Part shown: positions 44,491 through 56,204 of the stretch, piece after piece
Layout: every line of letters starts with the position of its first letter
How positions within the stretch are numbered: position 1 is the first letter of the stretch
Assembly (NCBI GenBank): GCA_046709505.1
Contig: JBKEFM010000002.1
Coordinates: 4,230 to 68,229, forward strand
Direction: 5' to 3'
Source: Paraglaciecola sp.
Lineage (GTDB): Bacteria; Pseudomonadota; Gammaproteobacteria; Enterobacterales; Alteromonadaceae
DNA: 64,000 bases
The notes under the pieces: model-generated
The model's input: the letters and a program-made list of their open reading frames with translations, nothing else
What the model was told of the DNA's origin: nothing
The model's database searches: none
Program-made: the position numbers and the translations under genes

Positions 44491-46536
44491 ATGAATTTTA
44501 TCAGGCGAACGAGCCAAAACCTAGTGAAAGGCTTGTTAGTAGTCGCTGGTGCGGCAATTTTTTGTGCATCCAACTGCGTACTGGCGGCAGAGTATTCTCC
44601 TAATTTTAAAAATACCGATATAAATGAGTTTATTACTATAGTTGGTAAAAATCTGCAAAAAACCATTATAGTAGACCCTAACGTGCGAGGTAAAATCTCC
44701 GTACGTAGCTATGATTTGTTAAGCGAAGATCAATATTACCAATTTTTCCTCAACGTGTTGCAAGTCTACGGTTATGCCGCGGTGGAAATGCCCAGTGGTG
44801 TAGTCAAAATTGTCCGTGCCAAGGATGCTAAAACCTCCAATATTCCGGTTATAGAAGGTACCCCTTTCGATGGTGATGAAATGATCACCCGGGTCATGCC
44901 CGTATATAATGTCCCTGTACGTGAATTAGCCCCCATACTACGTCAACTGAATGATCAGGCCGGCGGGGGTAATGTAGTCAGTCACGATGCCTCTAATGTC
45001 ATGATGCTCACCGGAAGGGCAGCTGTCGTTAACCGTCTGGTGGAAATCATTGAGCGTGTCGATAAAGCCGGGGATGAAGAAGTCGAAATCATTAAACTGA
45101 AGTTCGCCTCCGCATCCGAAATGGTGCGTATTATCGACAGCGTCAACAAATCTTCCAGTAAGTCAAATTCCGGAGGCAAAGATGCTCCCCGCGTTGTGGC
45201 CGATGACCGCACCAACAGCATTATCATCAGTGGAGATATCAAGGCCAGAAAACGCATTATTAACCTCATTACCCGCATGGATGAAGAGCTGGAGACCAAC
45301 GGCAATACACGGGTTATCTTCCTTAATTATTCCAAGGCAGCAGAACTGGTAAAAGTATTACAAGGAGTCAGTGCCAGTATTCAGGCCGAAGAGCAAGGCT
45401 CATCGAAAGGCATCAGCAAAGGCAGTACCCGGGAAGTCAGTATTGACGCCCATGAAGACTCCAATGCCCTGGTGATAACCGCTCAGCCAGATATGATGCG
45501 TTCTCTGGAAGAGGTCATCCGTCAACTGGACATCCGTCGCGCTCAGGTCCAGGTGGAAGCCATTATTGTCGAGGTATTTGAAGGCGATGGCACGACTTTA
45601 GGCGTGCAGTGGGGCAGTGAAAAATTTGGGCTGCAACAATTTAGTAATGGTGTAGTGGGTATCGGCCAGCTGGCTGTTGCCACTGAACAGGCTTCAGATA
45701 ACGTCACAACTACCACAGGCTTTGATGATAACGGCCAGCCCTATTCCTATAATGAATCTACGCCAGGAGATTACAATACCCTGGCGTCCCTGCTTGGTAG
45801 CGTCAACGGCTTCTTGATTGGCGGAGTCACCGATGGCTGGGGAGCGGTGTTGCAAGCGGTGAGCACCGATACCAACTCCAACGTGCTAGCCACGCCACAT
45901 TTGACTACCCTGGACAATGAAGAAGCCTTTTTTATTGTCGGCCAGGAAGTGCCGATCATAACGGGCTCAACCACAGGTTCAAACAATGCTAACCCCTTCC
46001 AGTCGGTGGAACGCCAGGAAGTGGGGATCAAACTTAAGGTCACCCCACAAATAAACGAAGGGGATGCAGTACAATTATTGATTGAACAGGAAGTGTCCAG
46101 TATCAGCGGTGCAACCTCGGTGGATATACTGATCAACAAACGTGAAATCAAAACCACCGTAATAGTGGATGACGGTGGCACCATAGTATTAGGCGGGCTA
46201 ATTGATGAAGATGTACAGGAAAGTGTCTCTAAAGTCCCTATATTGGGGGATATTCCCTTTCTGGGGAACCTGTTCAAAACCACTGTTACCAGTAAAAACA
46301 AACGTAACCTGATGGTTTTTATCCGTCCGACTATAGTACGTGACGGCATCACTATGAATGAGATCAGCAAACGTAAATACAATTATATTCGCGCCGAACA
46401 ACTTAAACGCCAATCTGAGGGTATCCCGCTGATGCCGTTTTCCGAATCTCCGGCTCTACCCGAATGGGATGATAGCCTGATTTTACCGCCTTCATACGAA
46501 GACTTTACGGGCAGCAAAGACAAGGAACAGAACTAG
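44491..46536 (+). CDS. gspD: Type II secretion secretin GspD
   Basis: N0-N3 domains, [12 protein letters not shown] and [10 protein letters not shown]. Confidence 0.96.
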   Translation: MNFIRRTSQNLVKGLLVVAGAAIFCASNCVLAAEYSPNFKNTDINEFITIVGKNLQKTIIVDPNVRGKISVRSYDLLSEDQYYQFFLNVLQVYGYAAVEMPSGVVKIVRAKDAKTSNIPVIEGTPFDGDEMITRVMPVYNVPVRELAPILRQLNDQAGGGNVVSHDASNVMMLTGRAAVVNRLVEIIERVDKAGDEEVEIIKLKFASASEMVRIIDSVNKSSSKSNSGGKDAPRVVADDRTNSIIISGDIKARKRIINLITRMDEELETNGNTRVIFLNYSKAAELVKVLQGVSASIQAEEQGSSKGISKGSTREVSIDAHEDSNALVITAQPDMMRSLEEVIRQLDIRRAQVQVEAIIVEVFEGDGTTLGVQWGSEKFGLQQFSNGVVGIGQLAVATEQASDNVTTTTGFDDNGQPYSYNESTPGDYNTLASLLGSVNGFLIGGVTDGWGAVLQAVSTDTNSNVLATPHLTTLDNEEAFFIVGQEVPIITGSTTGSNNANPFQSVERQEVGIKLKVTPQINEGDAVQLLIEQEVSSISGATSVDILINKREIKTTVIVDDGGTIVLGGLIDEDVQESVSKVPILGDIPFLGNLFKTTVTSKNKRNLMVFIRPTIVRDGITMNEISKRKYNYIRAEQLKRQSEGIPLMPFSESPALPEWDDSLILPPSYEDFTGSKDKEQN

Positions 46537-46538
46537 TT

Positions 46539-48101
46539 ATGTCACCTCAACGCCTCAGTACAGTTGATGCTGACGAGCAGGCCCTGGTCGCAGCCGGAAC
46601 CGATGTCGATGTGCCTATTGACGGACCTGTGCATAAGCAAGTGGCTTTCAGTTTCGCCAAGCGCCACAAAGTATTACTGGATACGGGTGAAACACCAACG
46701 GCTTTGTATCATACCAGTGAAACCAATTTTTTAATTTTCGCCGAAGTCAGACGATTTTTGGGCAGTGAGTTTCAGCTCAAGGAAATCGAAATTGGTCAGT
46801 TTGAGAAACTGTTGACCAACGCTTTCCAGCGAGATTCGTCAGCGGCAAAACAGTTAATGGAAGACATTGGCAATGAAAGTAATTTATTCGCCCTGGCGGA
46901 AGAATTACCCGATACCGAGGATTTGCTTGAAAGTGAAGATGACGCGCCTATCATTAAATTAATCAATGCTATGCTCGGTGAAGCCATTAAAGAAGGTGCG
47001 TCAGATATCCATATTGAGACCTTTGAAACCCAGTTACTGGTGCGTTTTCGCGTCGATGGAATGTTGCGGGAAATCTTACGCCCTAATCGCAAAATGGCGT
47101 CGATGCTCGTATCTCGTATCAAGGTCATGTCAAAAATGGACATAGCCGAAAAACGTGTTCCCCAAGACGGGCGTATTACCTTACGTATCGCCGGCCGGGC
47201 AGTTGATGTAAGGGTATCGACTATGCCCTCCAGTCATGGTGAACGTGTAGTCTTGCGCTTACTGGATAAAAATAATGTGCGTCTGGATCTCGAAGATCTG
47301 GGTATGACCAAAGATAACCGCGGGCATATGTCCAGTTTGATCCGCAAACCCCATGGTATTATTTTAGTTACTGGCCCCACAGGTTCGGGTAAATCCACTA
47401 CCTTGTATGCTGGCCTAAGCGAAATTAACTCCAAAGATCGTAATATTTTAACCGTTGAAGATCCCATAGAATTTGATTTGCAGGGTATAGGTCAAACCCA
47501 GGTCAATCCCAAAGTTGATATGACGTTTGCCCGGGGATTACGGGCCATATTACGTCAGGATCCTGATGTTGTCATGATCGGCGAAATCCGCGATCTGGAA
47601 ACAGCACAAATTGGTGTGCAAGCTAGTTTAACCGGCCACCTGGTAATGTCTACTTTACACACCAACACCGCGGCCGGGGCAATTACCCGTCTGGAAGACA
47701 TGGGTATTGAGCCTTTTTTATTATCTTCCAGTTTGTTGGCGGTTTTGTCCCAGCGTCTGGTTCGTACCCTGTGCCCTGATTGTAAAATCCCCCATACACC
47801 CAGTGAGCAGGAACGGGATCTTTTAGGTGTGCAAGGGGTCAATAATAGCCCCTTTACTATGTTTAGTCCTAAAGGCTGCGCCGCATGCAATCAAACCGGT
47901 TATCGCGGGCGAACCGGCATTCATGAATTGTTGATCGTAGATGAAGGCATACGGGAATTGATCCACAATGGCCATGGCGAACAGGCCATTGAAAAATACA
48001 TTCGTCAAACCACGCCCGGTATTCGCGATGATGGTTGCGCTAAGGTGCTAAGCGGTATCACCTCCCTGGAAGAAATACTGCGCGTAACACGGGAGGAATA
48101 A
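46539..48101 (+). CDS. gspE: Type II secretion ATPase GspE
   Basis: [16 protein letters not shown] and a tetracysteine motif. Confidence 0.96.
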   Translation: MSPQRLSTVDADEQALVAAGTDVDVPIDGPVHKQVAFSFAKRHKVLLDTGETPTALYHTSETNFLIFAEVRRFLGSEFQLKEIEIGQFEKLLTNAFQRDSSAAKQLMEDIGNESNLFALAEELPDTEDLLESEDDAPIIKLINAMLGEAIKEGASDIHIETFETQLLVRFRVDGMLREILRPNRKMASMLVSRIKVMSKMDIAEKRVPQDGRITLRIAGRAVDVRVSTMPSSHGERVVLRLLDKNNVRLDLEDLGMTKDNRGHMSSLIRKPHGIILVTGPTGSGKSTTLYAGLSEINSKDRNILTVEDPIEFDLQGIGQTQVNPKVDMTFARGLRAILRQDPDVVMIGEIRDLETAQIGVQASLTGHLVMSTLHTNTAAGAITRLEDMGIEPFLLSSSLLAVLSQRLVRTLCPDCKIPHTPSEQERDLLGVQGVNNSPFTMFSPKGCAACNQTGYRGRTGIHELLIVDEGIRELIHNGHGEQAIEKYIRQTTPGIRDDGCAKVLSGITSLEEILRVTREE

Positions 48102-49322
48102 ATGGCCGCCTTTACCTACAAAGCCATGGACCATAATGGCAAGAATAAAAACGGTGTATTGGAAGGCGATAATGCCCGGCAAATTCGCCAACAACTGCGC
48201 GAGCAAAACTTGATCCCGCTGGAAGTAGAACAAGTGGCAGATAAAGAACATAAATCTGCCAACCAGTTTTCGTTATTCAAACCTAGCATATCGACCTCAG
48301 ATTTGGCGCTTCTGACCCGTCAATTGGCCACCTTGGTTGAATCCTCCATTCCCATCGAAGAGGCCTTACTGGCTGTAGCGGAGCAGTCCGAGAAACCGCG
48401 CCAGAAAAACATGATGATGGCCGTGCGATCCAAGGTAGTAGAAGGTCATAATCTGGCAGATGCCATGGGAGAGTTCCCCCATATATTCGATGAGTTATTT
48501 CGCGCCATGGTAGCCGCAGGTGAAAAATCCGGGCATCTTGATACTGTACTTAACCGATTAGCCGATTATACTGAAAAACGCCAGCAAACCCGCAGCCAGA
48601 TAACCCAAGCCATGGTTTACCCCTCCCTGATGATGTTCTTCGCCCTGGGCATAGTATTGTTACTGCTTACGGTAGTCGTGCCGAAAATCGTTGGCCAGTT
48701 CGAGCACATGGGTCAGGACTTGCCCACTATAACCAGGATACTGATTAGTATCAGCGAATGGATGCAAAGTTATGGCCTGATTTTTATTATGGTCCTGGTA
48801 GCCATAGCTATTGTTGTGAAGCAAGTGTTGCAACAACCCGTGATGAAAAAACGTTACCACAAGTTTATTTTGCGCTTGCCACTTTTGGGCAAGGTCTCCA
48901 AAGGCCTCAATACCGCCCGATTCGCCCGCACACTGAGTATTTTAACGTCAAGTGCGGTGCCCTTGCTGGAAAGCATGAAAATTTCCAGTGATGTGCTGGA
49001 GAACTTGCATATTCGGGATGCGGTCAAACAAGCATCGGGCAATGTAAAAGAAGGATCGAGTCTGCGAGCTGCACTGGAGCAAACCAAAGTTTTTCCTCCG
49101 ATGATGATGCATATGATTGCCTCAGGGGAGCGCAGTGGCGAACTGCAACAGATGCTTGGCCGAGCTGCAGATAATCAAGATCGAGAATTTGAAGCTCTGG
49201 TAGGGGTATCCCTCAAAGTTTTTGAACCCATGCTAATCGTCACTATGGCTGGCATAGTCCTGTTCATTGTGATGGCAATCTTGCAACCTATTTTAGCGTT
49301 AAACAATATGGTGAATATGTAA
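48102..49322 (+). CDS. gspF: Type II secretion protein GspF
   Basis: TRQLATL and GEKSGHL; three TM segments. Confidence 0.95.
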   Translation: MAAFTYKAMDHNGKNKNGVLEGDNARQIRQQLREQNLIPLEVEQVADKEHKSANQFSLFKPSISTSDLALLTRQLATLVESSIPIEEALLAVAEQSEKPRQKNMMMAVRSKVVEGHNLADAMGEFPHIFDELFRAMVAAGEKSGHLDTVLNRLADYTEKRQQTRSQITQAMVYPSLMMFFALGIVLLLLTVVVPKIVGQFEHMGQDLPTITRILISISEWMQSYGLIFIMVLVAIAIVVKQVLQQPVMKKRYHKFILRLPLLGKVSKGLNTARFARTLSILTSSAVPLLESMKISSDVLENLHIRDAVKQASGNVKEGSSLRAALEQTKVFPPMMMHMIASGERSGELQQMLGRAADNQDREFEALVGVSLKVFEPMLIVTMAGIVLFIVMAILQPILALNNMVNM

Positions 49323-49762
49323 TGAAAATCCTTAGACACAAACAACAAGGCTTCAGTTTAATCGAAGTAATGGTTGTACTGCTGATCATCGGCATTATGG
49401 CGTCGATGATTGCGCCCTCCATTTTGGGCAATCAGGAACAAGCACAACTGAAAAAAGCGGCGGTAGATATTCAACAGCTCGAAAGCGCACTGGAGATGTA
49501 TAAACTGCGTAATAATGTGTTTCCCACCAGCGAACAGGGACTGGAAGCGCTCGTCACCGAGCCAACTATTGATCCTATTCCACGCAATTACCAACAAGGT
49601 GGATTTATCAGACGTTTACCCGAAGATCCCTGGGGCAATCCCTATCAATTACTCAGCCCGGGAGAGGTGGGGATAATCGATATTTTCTCCTTTGGCCCCG
49701 ATGGTGAACCGGGGACTGATGATGATATCGGTAACTGGAATATCAACGACTACCTGGGCTAG
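49322..49762 (+). CDS. gspG: Major pseudopilin GspG
   Basis: GFSLIE prepilin motif; DPWGNPY and DDDIGNW. Confidence 0.96.
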   Translation: MKILRHKQQGFSLIEVMVVLLIIGIMASMIAPSILGNQEQAQLKKAAVDIQQLESALEMYKLRNNVFPTSEQGLEALVTEPTIDPIPRNYQQGGFIRRLPEDPWGNPYQLLSPGEVGIIDIFSFGPDGEPGTDDDIGNWNINDYLG

Positions 49763-49769
49763 TCTTCTG

Positions 49770-50405
49770 ATGCCCAAGTCGCTCATCCCTACTCGGCCAA
49801 AAAGCAGAGGTTTTACACTTATTGAAGTCATGTTAGTGCTGGCGATCATGGGGATGGTAGTCAGTACTGTGGTATTTAATGTCTCCGGTCAAAGTGGCGA
49901 AGACAGGCTCAAAAAACAGGTGCAGCGATTTCAGGTGGTATTTAGTATGGCAGGGGATTTTGCCGTGTTAAACCAGCGTCAACTGGGCTTGCGCGTGGAA
50001 CAAGAAAAACAGCAATATGCTTTTATGGTTCTCGATGATGATCAGCAATGGCAGGAACTCAGTATAGATAAGGTATTTTCCAGTTACACCTTGCCTGAAG
50101 AGTTCAGTTTCGCCCTTGAGCTTAACGATTTACCCTGGGACACGGACGATAGCCTGTTTAATGAAGGTTCCTTTGACGCCCAGTTGTCTGTCAGTGATGA
50201 AGGCGTCAGTATAGGTGAAGAGGACGAGGAACAAAAAAAACTGCCGCCACCCCAGGTATTACTGCTATCGAGCGGTGACATCACACCCTTCTCCGTGACA
50301 TTTACTTATGAACCTGATTTTGGTGATGAACGGGTGACCCATTTTCGTATCAATGGCCAAGACTCCCTGCCCCTTATTCGAGAAGGCCCCCTGGACACCT
50401 TATGA
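49770..50405 (+). CDS. gspH: Minor pseudopilin GspH
   Basis: GFTLIE and PQVLLLSSGDITPF. Start placed at MPKS. Confidence 0.92.
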   Translation: MPKSLIPTRPKSRGFTLIEVMLVLAIMGMVVSTVVFNVSGQSGEDRLKKQVQRFQVVFSMAGDFAVLNQRQLGLRVEQEKQQYAFMVLDDDQQWQELSIDKVFSSYTLPEEFSFALELNDLPWDTDDSLFNEGSFDAQLSVSDEGVSIGEEDEEQKKLPPPQVLLLSSGDITPFSVTFTYEPDFGDERVTHFRINGQDSLPLIREGPLDTL

Positions 50406-50788
50406 AACCGTTCTCTCACCAACGAGGAATGACCTTACTCGAGGTTATGGTCGCTCTTGTCATCTTTGCTATGACCGCCACGGCGATAATGAAAGCCGCG
50501 GGCGATCACTTGGCCAGTATCGGCCAGATAGAAGAGATCACCTTTGCTACCTGGGTGGCGAATAATCAATTGACCCAGCTGAATCTAGCGTCCAGCTGGC
50601 CACCAAAAAACAATCTCAAAGGTTCACAGAAAATGGCCGACCGTACCTGGTATTGGCAACAAAAAGTGGTCAAAACCAATGACAAATCATTATTCTTGGT
50701 TGAAGTCAGTGTGGCTTTAAGTGAGGACCAGTTAGCGCCTATTACCTCAGTCACGAGTTTCGTGGCCAAACAGTCTCCCGATGTCTAG
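50402..50788 (+). CDS. gspI: Minor pseudopilin GspI
   Basis: GMTLLEVMVAL and ATWVANN. Confidence 0.93.
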   Translation: MKPFSHQRGMTLLEVMVALVIFAMTATAIMKAAGDHLASIGQIEEITFATWVANNQLTQLNLASSWPPKNNLKGSQKMADRTWYWQQKVVKTNDKSLFLVEVSVALSEDQLAPITSVTSFVAKQSPDV

Positions 50789-51422
50789 GCCATCTTATAT
50801 CCCCTATGCTGTCCAGGGATTTACCCTGCTGGAAATACTCATTGCTATGGCTATTTTTACCCTTATCGGGTTAGCCAGCACCTCAGTGCTAACCAGTGTG
50901 ATTGACAGTGACGAATTATCCACTGAACGCTTCGAAAAGTTAGAAGGCCTACAACGCGCTATGTTGACCCTAGAAAGGGACATATTACAAGCCACACCCC
51001 GACCGGTTCGAATTAACGGAGAAATAAACCAACAGGTGATGATTGGCGGTGCAGATCAGTTTGACAGCGAAGCCGATGGCCTGGGCTTTGTTCATGGTGG
51101 CTGGCACAATCCGCAATTTATGCTACCCCGCAGCACCTTGCAAGCTGTCGCCTATCGCTTGCAGGAAGGACAGCTACAACGTCTGTACGGTAACTATCTG
51201 GATAATGTTATCGGCTATGAGCCTAAAATCAGGATTTTGCTCGAAGACGTTGAAGATTTTAGGGTTTACTTTTTGGCTGCCGATGAAACTGAAACAGGGG
51301 AAGGCGCCTGGCAGGAAAGTTATGCAGAGTCTGTGTTACCCAGGGCTGTGGCAATAGAACTGAGCAGCAAAGATTTTGGCTTTATGCGCCGGGAATTTTT
51401 GATCGCTGGAGCTGGCTCATGA
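50781..51422 (+). CDS. gspJ: Minor pseudopilin GspJ
   Basis: GFTLLE and GWHNP...PRSTLQ. Confidence 0.93.
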   Translation: MSRPSYIPYAVQGFTLLEILIAMAIFTLIGLASTSVLTSVIDSDELSTERFEKLEGLQRAMLTLERDILQATPRPVRINGEINQQVMIGGADQFDSEADGLGFVHGGWHNPQFMLPRSTLQAVAYRLQEGQLQRLYGNYLDNVIGYEPKIRILLEDVEDFRVYFLAADETETGEGAWQESYAESVLPRAVAIELSSKDFGFMRREFLIAGAGS

Positions 51423-52405
51423 GCCCCCGTAAGGAGAATGGGGTTGCCCTTATCATAGTGCTGCTAATAGTATCCATAGTCAGTGTGCTGGCCACCCAGA
51501 TGGGAGCACGGTTACAACTACAGGTAAAACGCGCAGCAAATATTAAAGATAACAATCAGGCTTATTGGTACGCTATGGGGGCAGAGCAATACGCTCAAAA
51601 ATCGATAAAATTTCTGCTAGACAATAGCAATGGCGTGATCCATTTAAATCAGCCATGGTCAGAAAAATTTGTTTATCCATTAGCCGGTGGCGGGATTGAG
51701 GCGCAACTCTCCGATATGCATGCCTGTTTCAATCTAAATGCCCTGCAGCCACAAACAACTGCCGGGGGTAACCGACAGACCACACCGGTTAGCGAACTGG
51801 AAAAGGCTTTTAAACGCCTGTTGACCCATATTGACAATGATATACCCACCTATGATATCGACACCTTAACCGACTCGCTGGTCGATTGGCTCGATACTGA
51901 TGATCAAATGCATAATCAGGGCGCTGAAGACAGTGAATACGCATCCCGACAGTTTCCTTATTTAGCCGCCAATGCGTTAATGGTGCATCCATCAGAATTA
52001 CGTATGGTAAATGGGGTGAAAATGTCCTGGTTCGATAAGCTGCTACCTGTGGTTTGCGCTATTCCAGGCAGCACTGGGTTAACAATCAACGTCAATACTA
52101 TTGATGAGGAAAACATAGCTGTGCTGGCTGCCACTACAGGCTTGGAACTCTCGGCGGCCCAGAGCCTTATCGCCAGTCGCGACAAGGACGGCTTTACAAC
52201 CAAAGGGGCTTTTTTGGCGGATAATGCTATTAATGCGTTAAATTTGTCTCCAGAACAACAAGAATGGTTCGATGTCACTACCTCACATTTCGTATTGCGC
52301 ACCCGAACCAAGTACAATAATGCCACTTTTGCTATGGTCACTGTTTTTGCTGTCGATAAAAATCAAACTGTGACAGTGTTAAGTCGAGAATTTGGCACAC
52401 TATAA
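51419..52405 (+). CDS. gspK: Minor pseudopilin GspK
   Basis: GVALIIVL, CFNLN, DWLDTD and INVNT. Confidence 0.93.
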   Translation: MSPRKENGVALIIVLLIVSIVSVLATQMGARLQLQVKRAANIKDNNQAYWYAMGAEQYAQKSIKFLLDNSNGVIHLNQPWSEKFVYPLAGGGIEAQLSDMHACFNLNALQPQTTAGGNRQTTPVSELEKAFKRLLTHIDNDIPTYDIDTLTDSLVDWLDTDDQMHNQGAEDSEYASRQFPYLAANALMVHPSELRMVNGVKMSWFDKLLPVVCAIPGSTGLTINVNTIDEENIAVLAATTGLELSAAQSLIASRDKDGFTTKGAFLADNAINALNLSPEQQEWFDVTTSHFVLRTRTKYNNATFAMVTVFAVDKNQTVTVLSREFGTL

Positions 52406-52484
52406 TGAATCAAACACACAAGCACTTGGTGCTGGCCCCACAGGCTAGCGCCTTTTTACCAGGTTATCAGGGTAGAGCAGTATA

Positions 52485-53678
52485 ATGGAACAATTAGTTG
52501 TTAGATTAGGATCCGGTCACAATGATGTGATCCATTGGATAGTGTGGTCAACTCAGCTCGATGAGGTGATTGCTTCCGGAGAGTTACCCGGATCAGAAAA
52601 TTTGGCTACATTGGGTGACCGGGCCGGTCAACGTCCCATCACAGTTCTGGTGCCAACCAGTGACGTATTGCTAAAATGGGTGAGCTTACCCAGTAAAGCC
52701 AGTCGCAAGGCTCTAAGTGCTATTCCTTTTATACTTGAGGACGAAATCAGTGGTGATATCGCCCTGCAATTTTTTGCCCTTGGCCCCAAAAGGGGTGGTG
52801 AACAAGCCGTCGCGGTGGTCAGCAAAGAGAAATTACACAGTTGGCTGGAGATCATTCACCAGGCAGGTCTGGATTGCGATACCTTGCTGCCTGACGTATT
52901 GGCTCTGCCCCAGGCACAAAAGGGCTGGGCACTGTTGCAATTGGGCCAACATTTACTGATCCGTCAGGATCAATGGAGTGGCTTACAAGGAGAAAAAAAT
53001 TGGCTCATCCAGGCGATTAATCATTACGCCAAACAGCAAGCGAGCCCATTAAACATAGAAAATCATTCTGATTTAGCCCTGACTGATCTGAACAATGTGG
53101 CATTGCAACAAGCGCCTTTGGATATGCCGATGAAAGTATTGGCAAAAGGTGCCTCTCAAGCGAGTTTTAACCTGTTGCAGGGAGAATACCGGCCCAGCAA
53201 CAAAAATAGCGGTTCCCTGATAAAATGGCGTCTGGCCGCTGTTTTAGCCATCGTTGCCTTGTCTACCACCTTGGTCGACAAAGTCATGCAACAACAGCAA
53301 CTAAGTGCCCAACGTAGCTTACTAAGTGAGCAAATCGACGGTGAATTTAAGCGGGCTTTCCCCAATGCCGGACCCTATAGAGATTTAAAAGCCACTATGC
53401 GCAGTAAATTAATCACTTTGGAGCAAGGAGGAGGCGGCACCTCTATGCTCGCCATGTTTACCCAGTTGGCCGATGCGTTCGAGCAGAGTCAAGTCAAACC
53501 TGCCACCATCAAGTTTGATGCGGCGCGCAGGGAACTCCGCTTACAAGCCATGGCTGCTAACTTCGAAGCCCTGGAAAAATTTAAACGCCTAGCCCAAGCC
53601 AGTGGTTTTGTGGTTGAGCAAGGTGCCATCAACAATAAGGATAACCAGGTGATCGGTGCATTGTTGATCAGGAGCTAA
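52485..53678 (+). CDS. gspL: Type II secretion protein GspL
   Basis: IPFILED, PDVLALP and NLLQGEY followed by a TM helix. Confidence 0.93.
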   Translation: MEQLVVRLGSGHNDVIHWIVWSTQLDEVIASGELPGSENLATLGDRAGQRPITVLVPTSDVLLKWVSLPSKASRKALSAIPFILEDEISGDIALQFFALGPKRGGEQAVAVVSKEKLHSWLEIIHQAGLDCDTLLPDVLALPQAQKGWALLQLGQHLLIRQDQWSGLQGEKNWLIQAINHYAKQQASPLNIENHSDLALTDLNNVALQQAPLDMPMKVLAKGASQASFNLLQGEYRPSNKNSGSLIKWRLAAVLAIVALSTTLVDKVMQQQQLSAQRSLLSEQIDGEFKRAFPNAGPYRDLKATMRSKLITLEQGGGGTSMLAMFTQLADAFEQSQVKPATIKFDAARRELRLQAMAANFEALEKFKRLAQASGFVVEQGAINNKDNQVIGALLIRS

Positions 53679-53679
53679 T

Positions 53680-54159
53680 ATGAATAAAATTAAACAAAAA
53701 TACAGCCAGTTAACTGAACGGGAACAACGCCTGGTGCTTCTAAGCATGGTAGTGATGGTAATAGGCTTGTTCTACTGGTTAGTATGGGCGCCGATGAACC
53801 ACTCCATCGCCACTAACCATAAAGCGGTTGAACAACAACAACAGTTATTAAACTGGGTACAAAAAAACGCGGTCAGAGCCATCCAATTACGCAGCGCCAA
53901 GGGCGTGGCGACGAACTTTAAAGGTTCCCTGCCGCAAGCGGTTAATCAAACTGCTGCCCAGCTGGATATCGCCATCAGCCGCATGCAACCCCAAGGGGAG
54001 GAACTGCAAGTTTGGGTCGACCAGGCCCCATTTAATGACGTCTTGAGCTGGTTACAGTCATTGGAACAAATGGGGATCATCATTTTGGATCTCGATATTG
54101 CTGAAGCTGATGTGGTGGGTCATATCAAAATACGCCGCTTAAAATTAGGAAAATCATGA
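53680..54159 (+). CDS. gspM: Type II secretion protein GspM
   Basis: LTEREQRL plus TM helix; ISRMQPQG. Confidence 0.92.
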   Translation: MNKIKQKYSQLTEREQRLVLLSMVVMVIGLFYWLVWAPMNHSIATNHKAVEQQQQLLNWVQKNAVRAIQLRSAKGVATNFKGSLPQAVNQTAAQLDIAISRMQPQGEELQVWVDQAPFNDVLSWLQSLEQMGIIILDLDIAEADVVGHIKIRRLKLGKS

Positions 54160-54899
54160 AGTCACTATTGAAATGGGGCTTTCCGTGCCTGCTGGTATAT
54201 ATGGTATTTCTCATTATCAAATTGCCTGCCGTACAAGTATTGGCGCGCTTGCCGTTGCCTGAGGATATTCAGCTCAATGGTGTATCTGGCACTATCTGGA
54301 ACGGACAGGCCCAGCAGCTATTAGTGCGTGGTTTACCTATTGAACAACTGTCTTGGCAGCTGGCATTTTTGCCGTTACTAACCGGCACAGCACAGGTTTA
54401 CGTCGATGGCGGTAATATTCGTCAAATGGACGAAATATCTATAAAGGGAGATATTTCTGTGGCCAAAGATAAACTGCAGGCAGATAATTTACAGCTTTAT
54501 CTTCCTACGGATTGGGTGATTGCCAGCCTTGCATTACCCATAGCAATTAATGCCAGTGGGCGCTTTAAACTAGTGCTACAAGAACTGGATTATAGCGGCC
54601 ATTGCCAAATATTAAACGGTAAGGGCCACTGGTTAAAAGCCCAGGTTCAGGGAAACAGCCAACCGATTTTATTGGGTAATTTTGATGCTGATTTAAGTTG
54701 TGTTAACCAGGAAATAGTACTGACTGTTAACGAGCCCAACCTTTTTGGTCTAAGTGCGGTGGCCCGTATTCCGGCAGATTTCAACTTTAACATCAGCGGG
54801 CGTTTTAAACCTGATGATGAGCTTCCTCAGGAAGTGCATCAAGCGGCGCAATTTTTTGGTCAAAAAGACGGACAAGGTTATTATTCCATTCGATTTTAG
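54156..54899 (+). CDS. gspN: Type II secretion protein GspN
   Basis: LPA...GVSGTIWNGQA signature; last gene of the operon. Confidence 0.9.
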   Translation: MKSLLKWGFPCLLVYMVFLIIKLPAVQVLARLPLPEDIQLNGVSGTIWNGQAQQLLVRGLPIEQLSWQLAFLPLLTGTAQVYVDGGNIRQMDEISIKGDISVAKDKLQADNLQLYLPTDWVIASLALPIAINASGRFKLVLQELDYSGHCQILNGKGHWLKAQVQGNSQPILLGNFDADLSCVNQEIVLTVNEPNLFGLSAVARIPADFNFNISGRFKPDDELPQEVHQAAQFFGQKDGQGYYSIRF

Positions 54900-54903
54900 G
54901 CAG

Positions 54904-54932
54904 AAAAAAGGCGCCTCTAAGTGCGCCTTTTT
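54904..54932. terminator. Bidirectional intrinsic terminator
   Basis: aaaaaaggcgc-ctctaagt-gcgccttttt between gspN and fbp. Confidence 0.8.
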
Positions 54933-54956
54933 ACATTTTTTTTGACCTGGTAAACG

Positions 54957-55925
54957 TTACTGGTAATAGCCCAAACAGATTTCTACTTCTTCTTTTGAAC
55001 CTAAGATCACTGGCACCCGCTGGTGTATCTCTGTGGGCATCACCTCCATGATCCGTCCATGCCCGGTTGAAGCCAACCCTCCGGCTTGTTCCATCAAGAA
55101 TGCCATGGGATTCGCTTCATATAACAAACGCAGTTTCCCCGGCATTTTGGGATTACGTTTATCAAAGGGGTACAAAAATATTCCACCTCGGCTAAGAACT
55201 CGATGAACATCCCCCACCATGGCAGCCACCCAACGCATATTGAAATCTTTCTCACGGGGTCCTTCTTCACCGGCAATAAGATCCGCTATATAATTCTGGA
55301 TAGGCGCTTCCCAATGGCGCTGATTAGAGGCGTTAATAGCAAATTCGGCTGTTTGCTGAGGGACCTGAATATTTTTCTCGGTTAACAAAAAACCGCCATG
55401 GGTTTTATCCAGGGTATACAAGTGTGTGCCCCGGCCAGTGGTCATAGCTAACATAGCAGATGGGCCGTAAAGTACATAACCCGCCGCCACGATTTGCGTA
55501 CCGGGTTGCAAAAATGCCGAGGGATCATTCGCATCCATCCACTGGGGAGCGTGAGTAATGGAAAAGATAGTGCCTATCAGACTATTAATATCGGTATTTG
55601 AAGAGCCGTCCAGAGGGTCAAAGCTCACCAGGTAATTACCATTTGGATTGCAAGGAACCACGTTTTCTTCTTCTTCGGAGGAAATCGCTTTGACATAACC
55701 GGACTCACTGAGAATATCTTTGAGGATCTGATTGGAAATCACGTCCAGTTCTTTCTGGGTTTCCCCTTGTACGTTTTCACTCAAGGTCGATCCCAGCACG
55801 CCCGCCAACGCACCTTGACTGACCCTAAAAGAAATTTCTTTGCAGCCCGCTAATAAAGTTCTTAACAGCAGGATCAGCTCCATAGGAGCGCCATCTTCTT
55901 GCAGTTGGGAATTGAGTCTTTTCAT
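54957..55925 (-). CDS. fbp: Fructose-1,6-bisphosphatase class 1
   Basis: [13 protein letters not shown] and [11 protein letters not shown]. Confidence 0.96.
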   Translation of the reverse strand: MKRLNSQLQEDGAPMELILLLRTLLAGCKEISFRVSQGALAGVLGSTLSENVQGETQKELDVISNQILKDILSESGYVKAISSEEEENVVPCNPNGNYLVSFDPLDGSSNTDINSLIGTIFSITHAPQWMDANDPSAFLQPGTQIVAAGYVLYGPSAMLAMTTGRGTHLYTLDKTHGGFLLTEKNIQVPQQTAEFAINASNQRHWEAPIQNYIADLIAGEEGPREKDFNMRWVAAMVGDVHRVLSRGGIFLYPFDKRNPKMPGKLRLLYEANPMAFLMEQAGGLASTGHGRIMEVMPTEIHQRVPVILGSKEEVEICLGYYQ

Positions 55926-56204
55926 TTCTTGTATTGACCTTATGTCTTTATTGTAGGGACAGCTAGTTTCCTAAACAGGTGCAAGATAAAGTGACAGCAA
56001 GCTTAGGGTTTTCAGGTGACTGGTATTATTTATTGTTGTCACACTGCTAAACGATAAAGATTGTAACTGGATTAAAGACAAAACTCATGAATAAAGCGTA
56101 GATAGCAAATTTTTTATTGGCTATTAACAAAATTATCATCCTATCATGGGTTAGCGGTTTTGTATCTGGTAACCTAAGAGCAGTTATCACTGCGAATTGA
56201 GTTT

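Noticed and set aside
44982-48251. Long antisense ORFs opposite gspD/gspE (and similar ones elsewhere in the window)
   Set aside because: They are shadows of codon bias in real genes, with no motifs or RBS.
43514-54899. T2SS operon lacking gspO as a defect
   Set aside because: The prepilin peptidase is commonly encoded elsewhere (pilD); the gspC-N order is ordinary.
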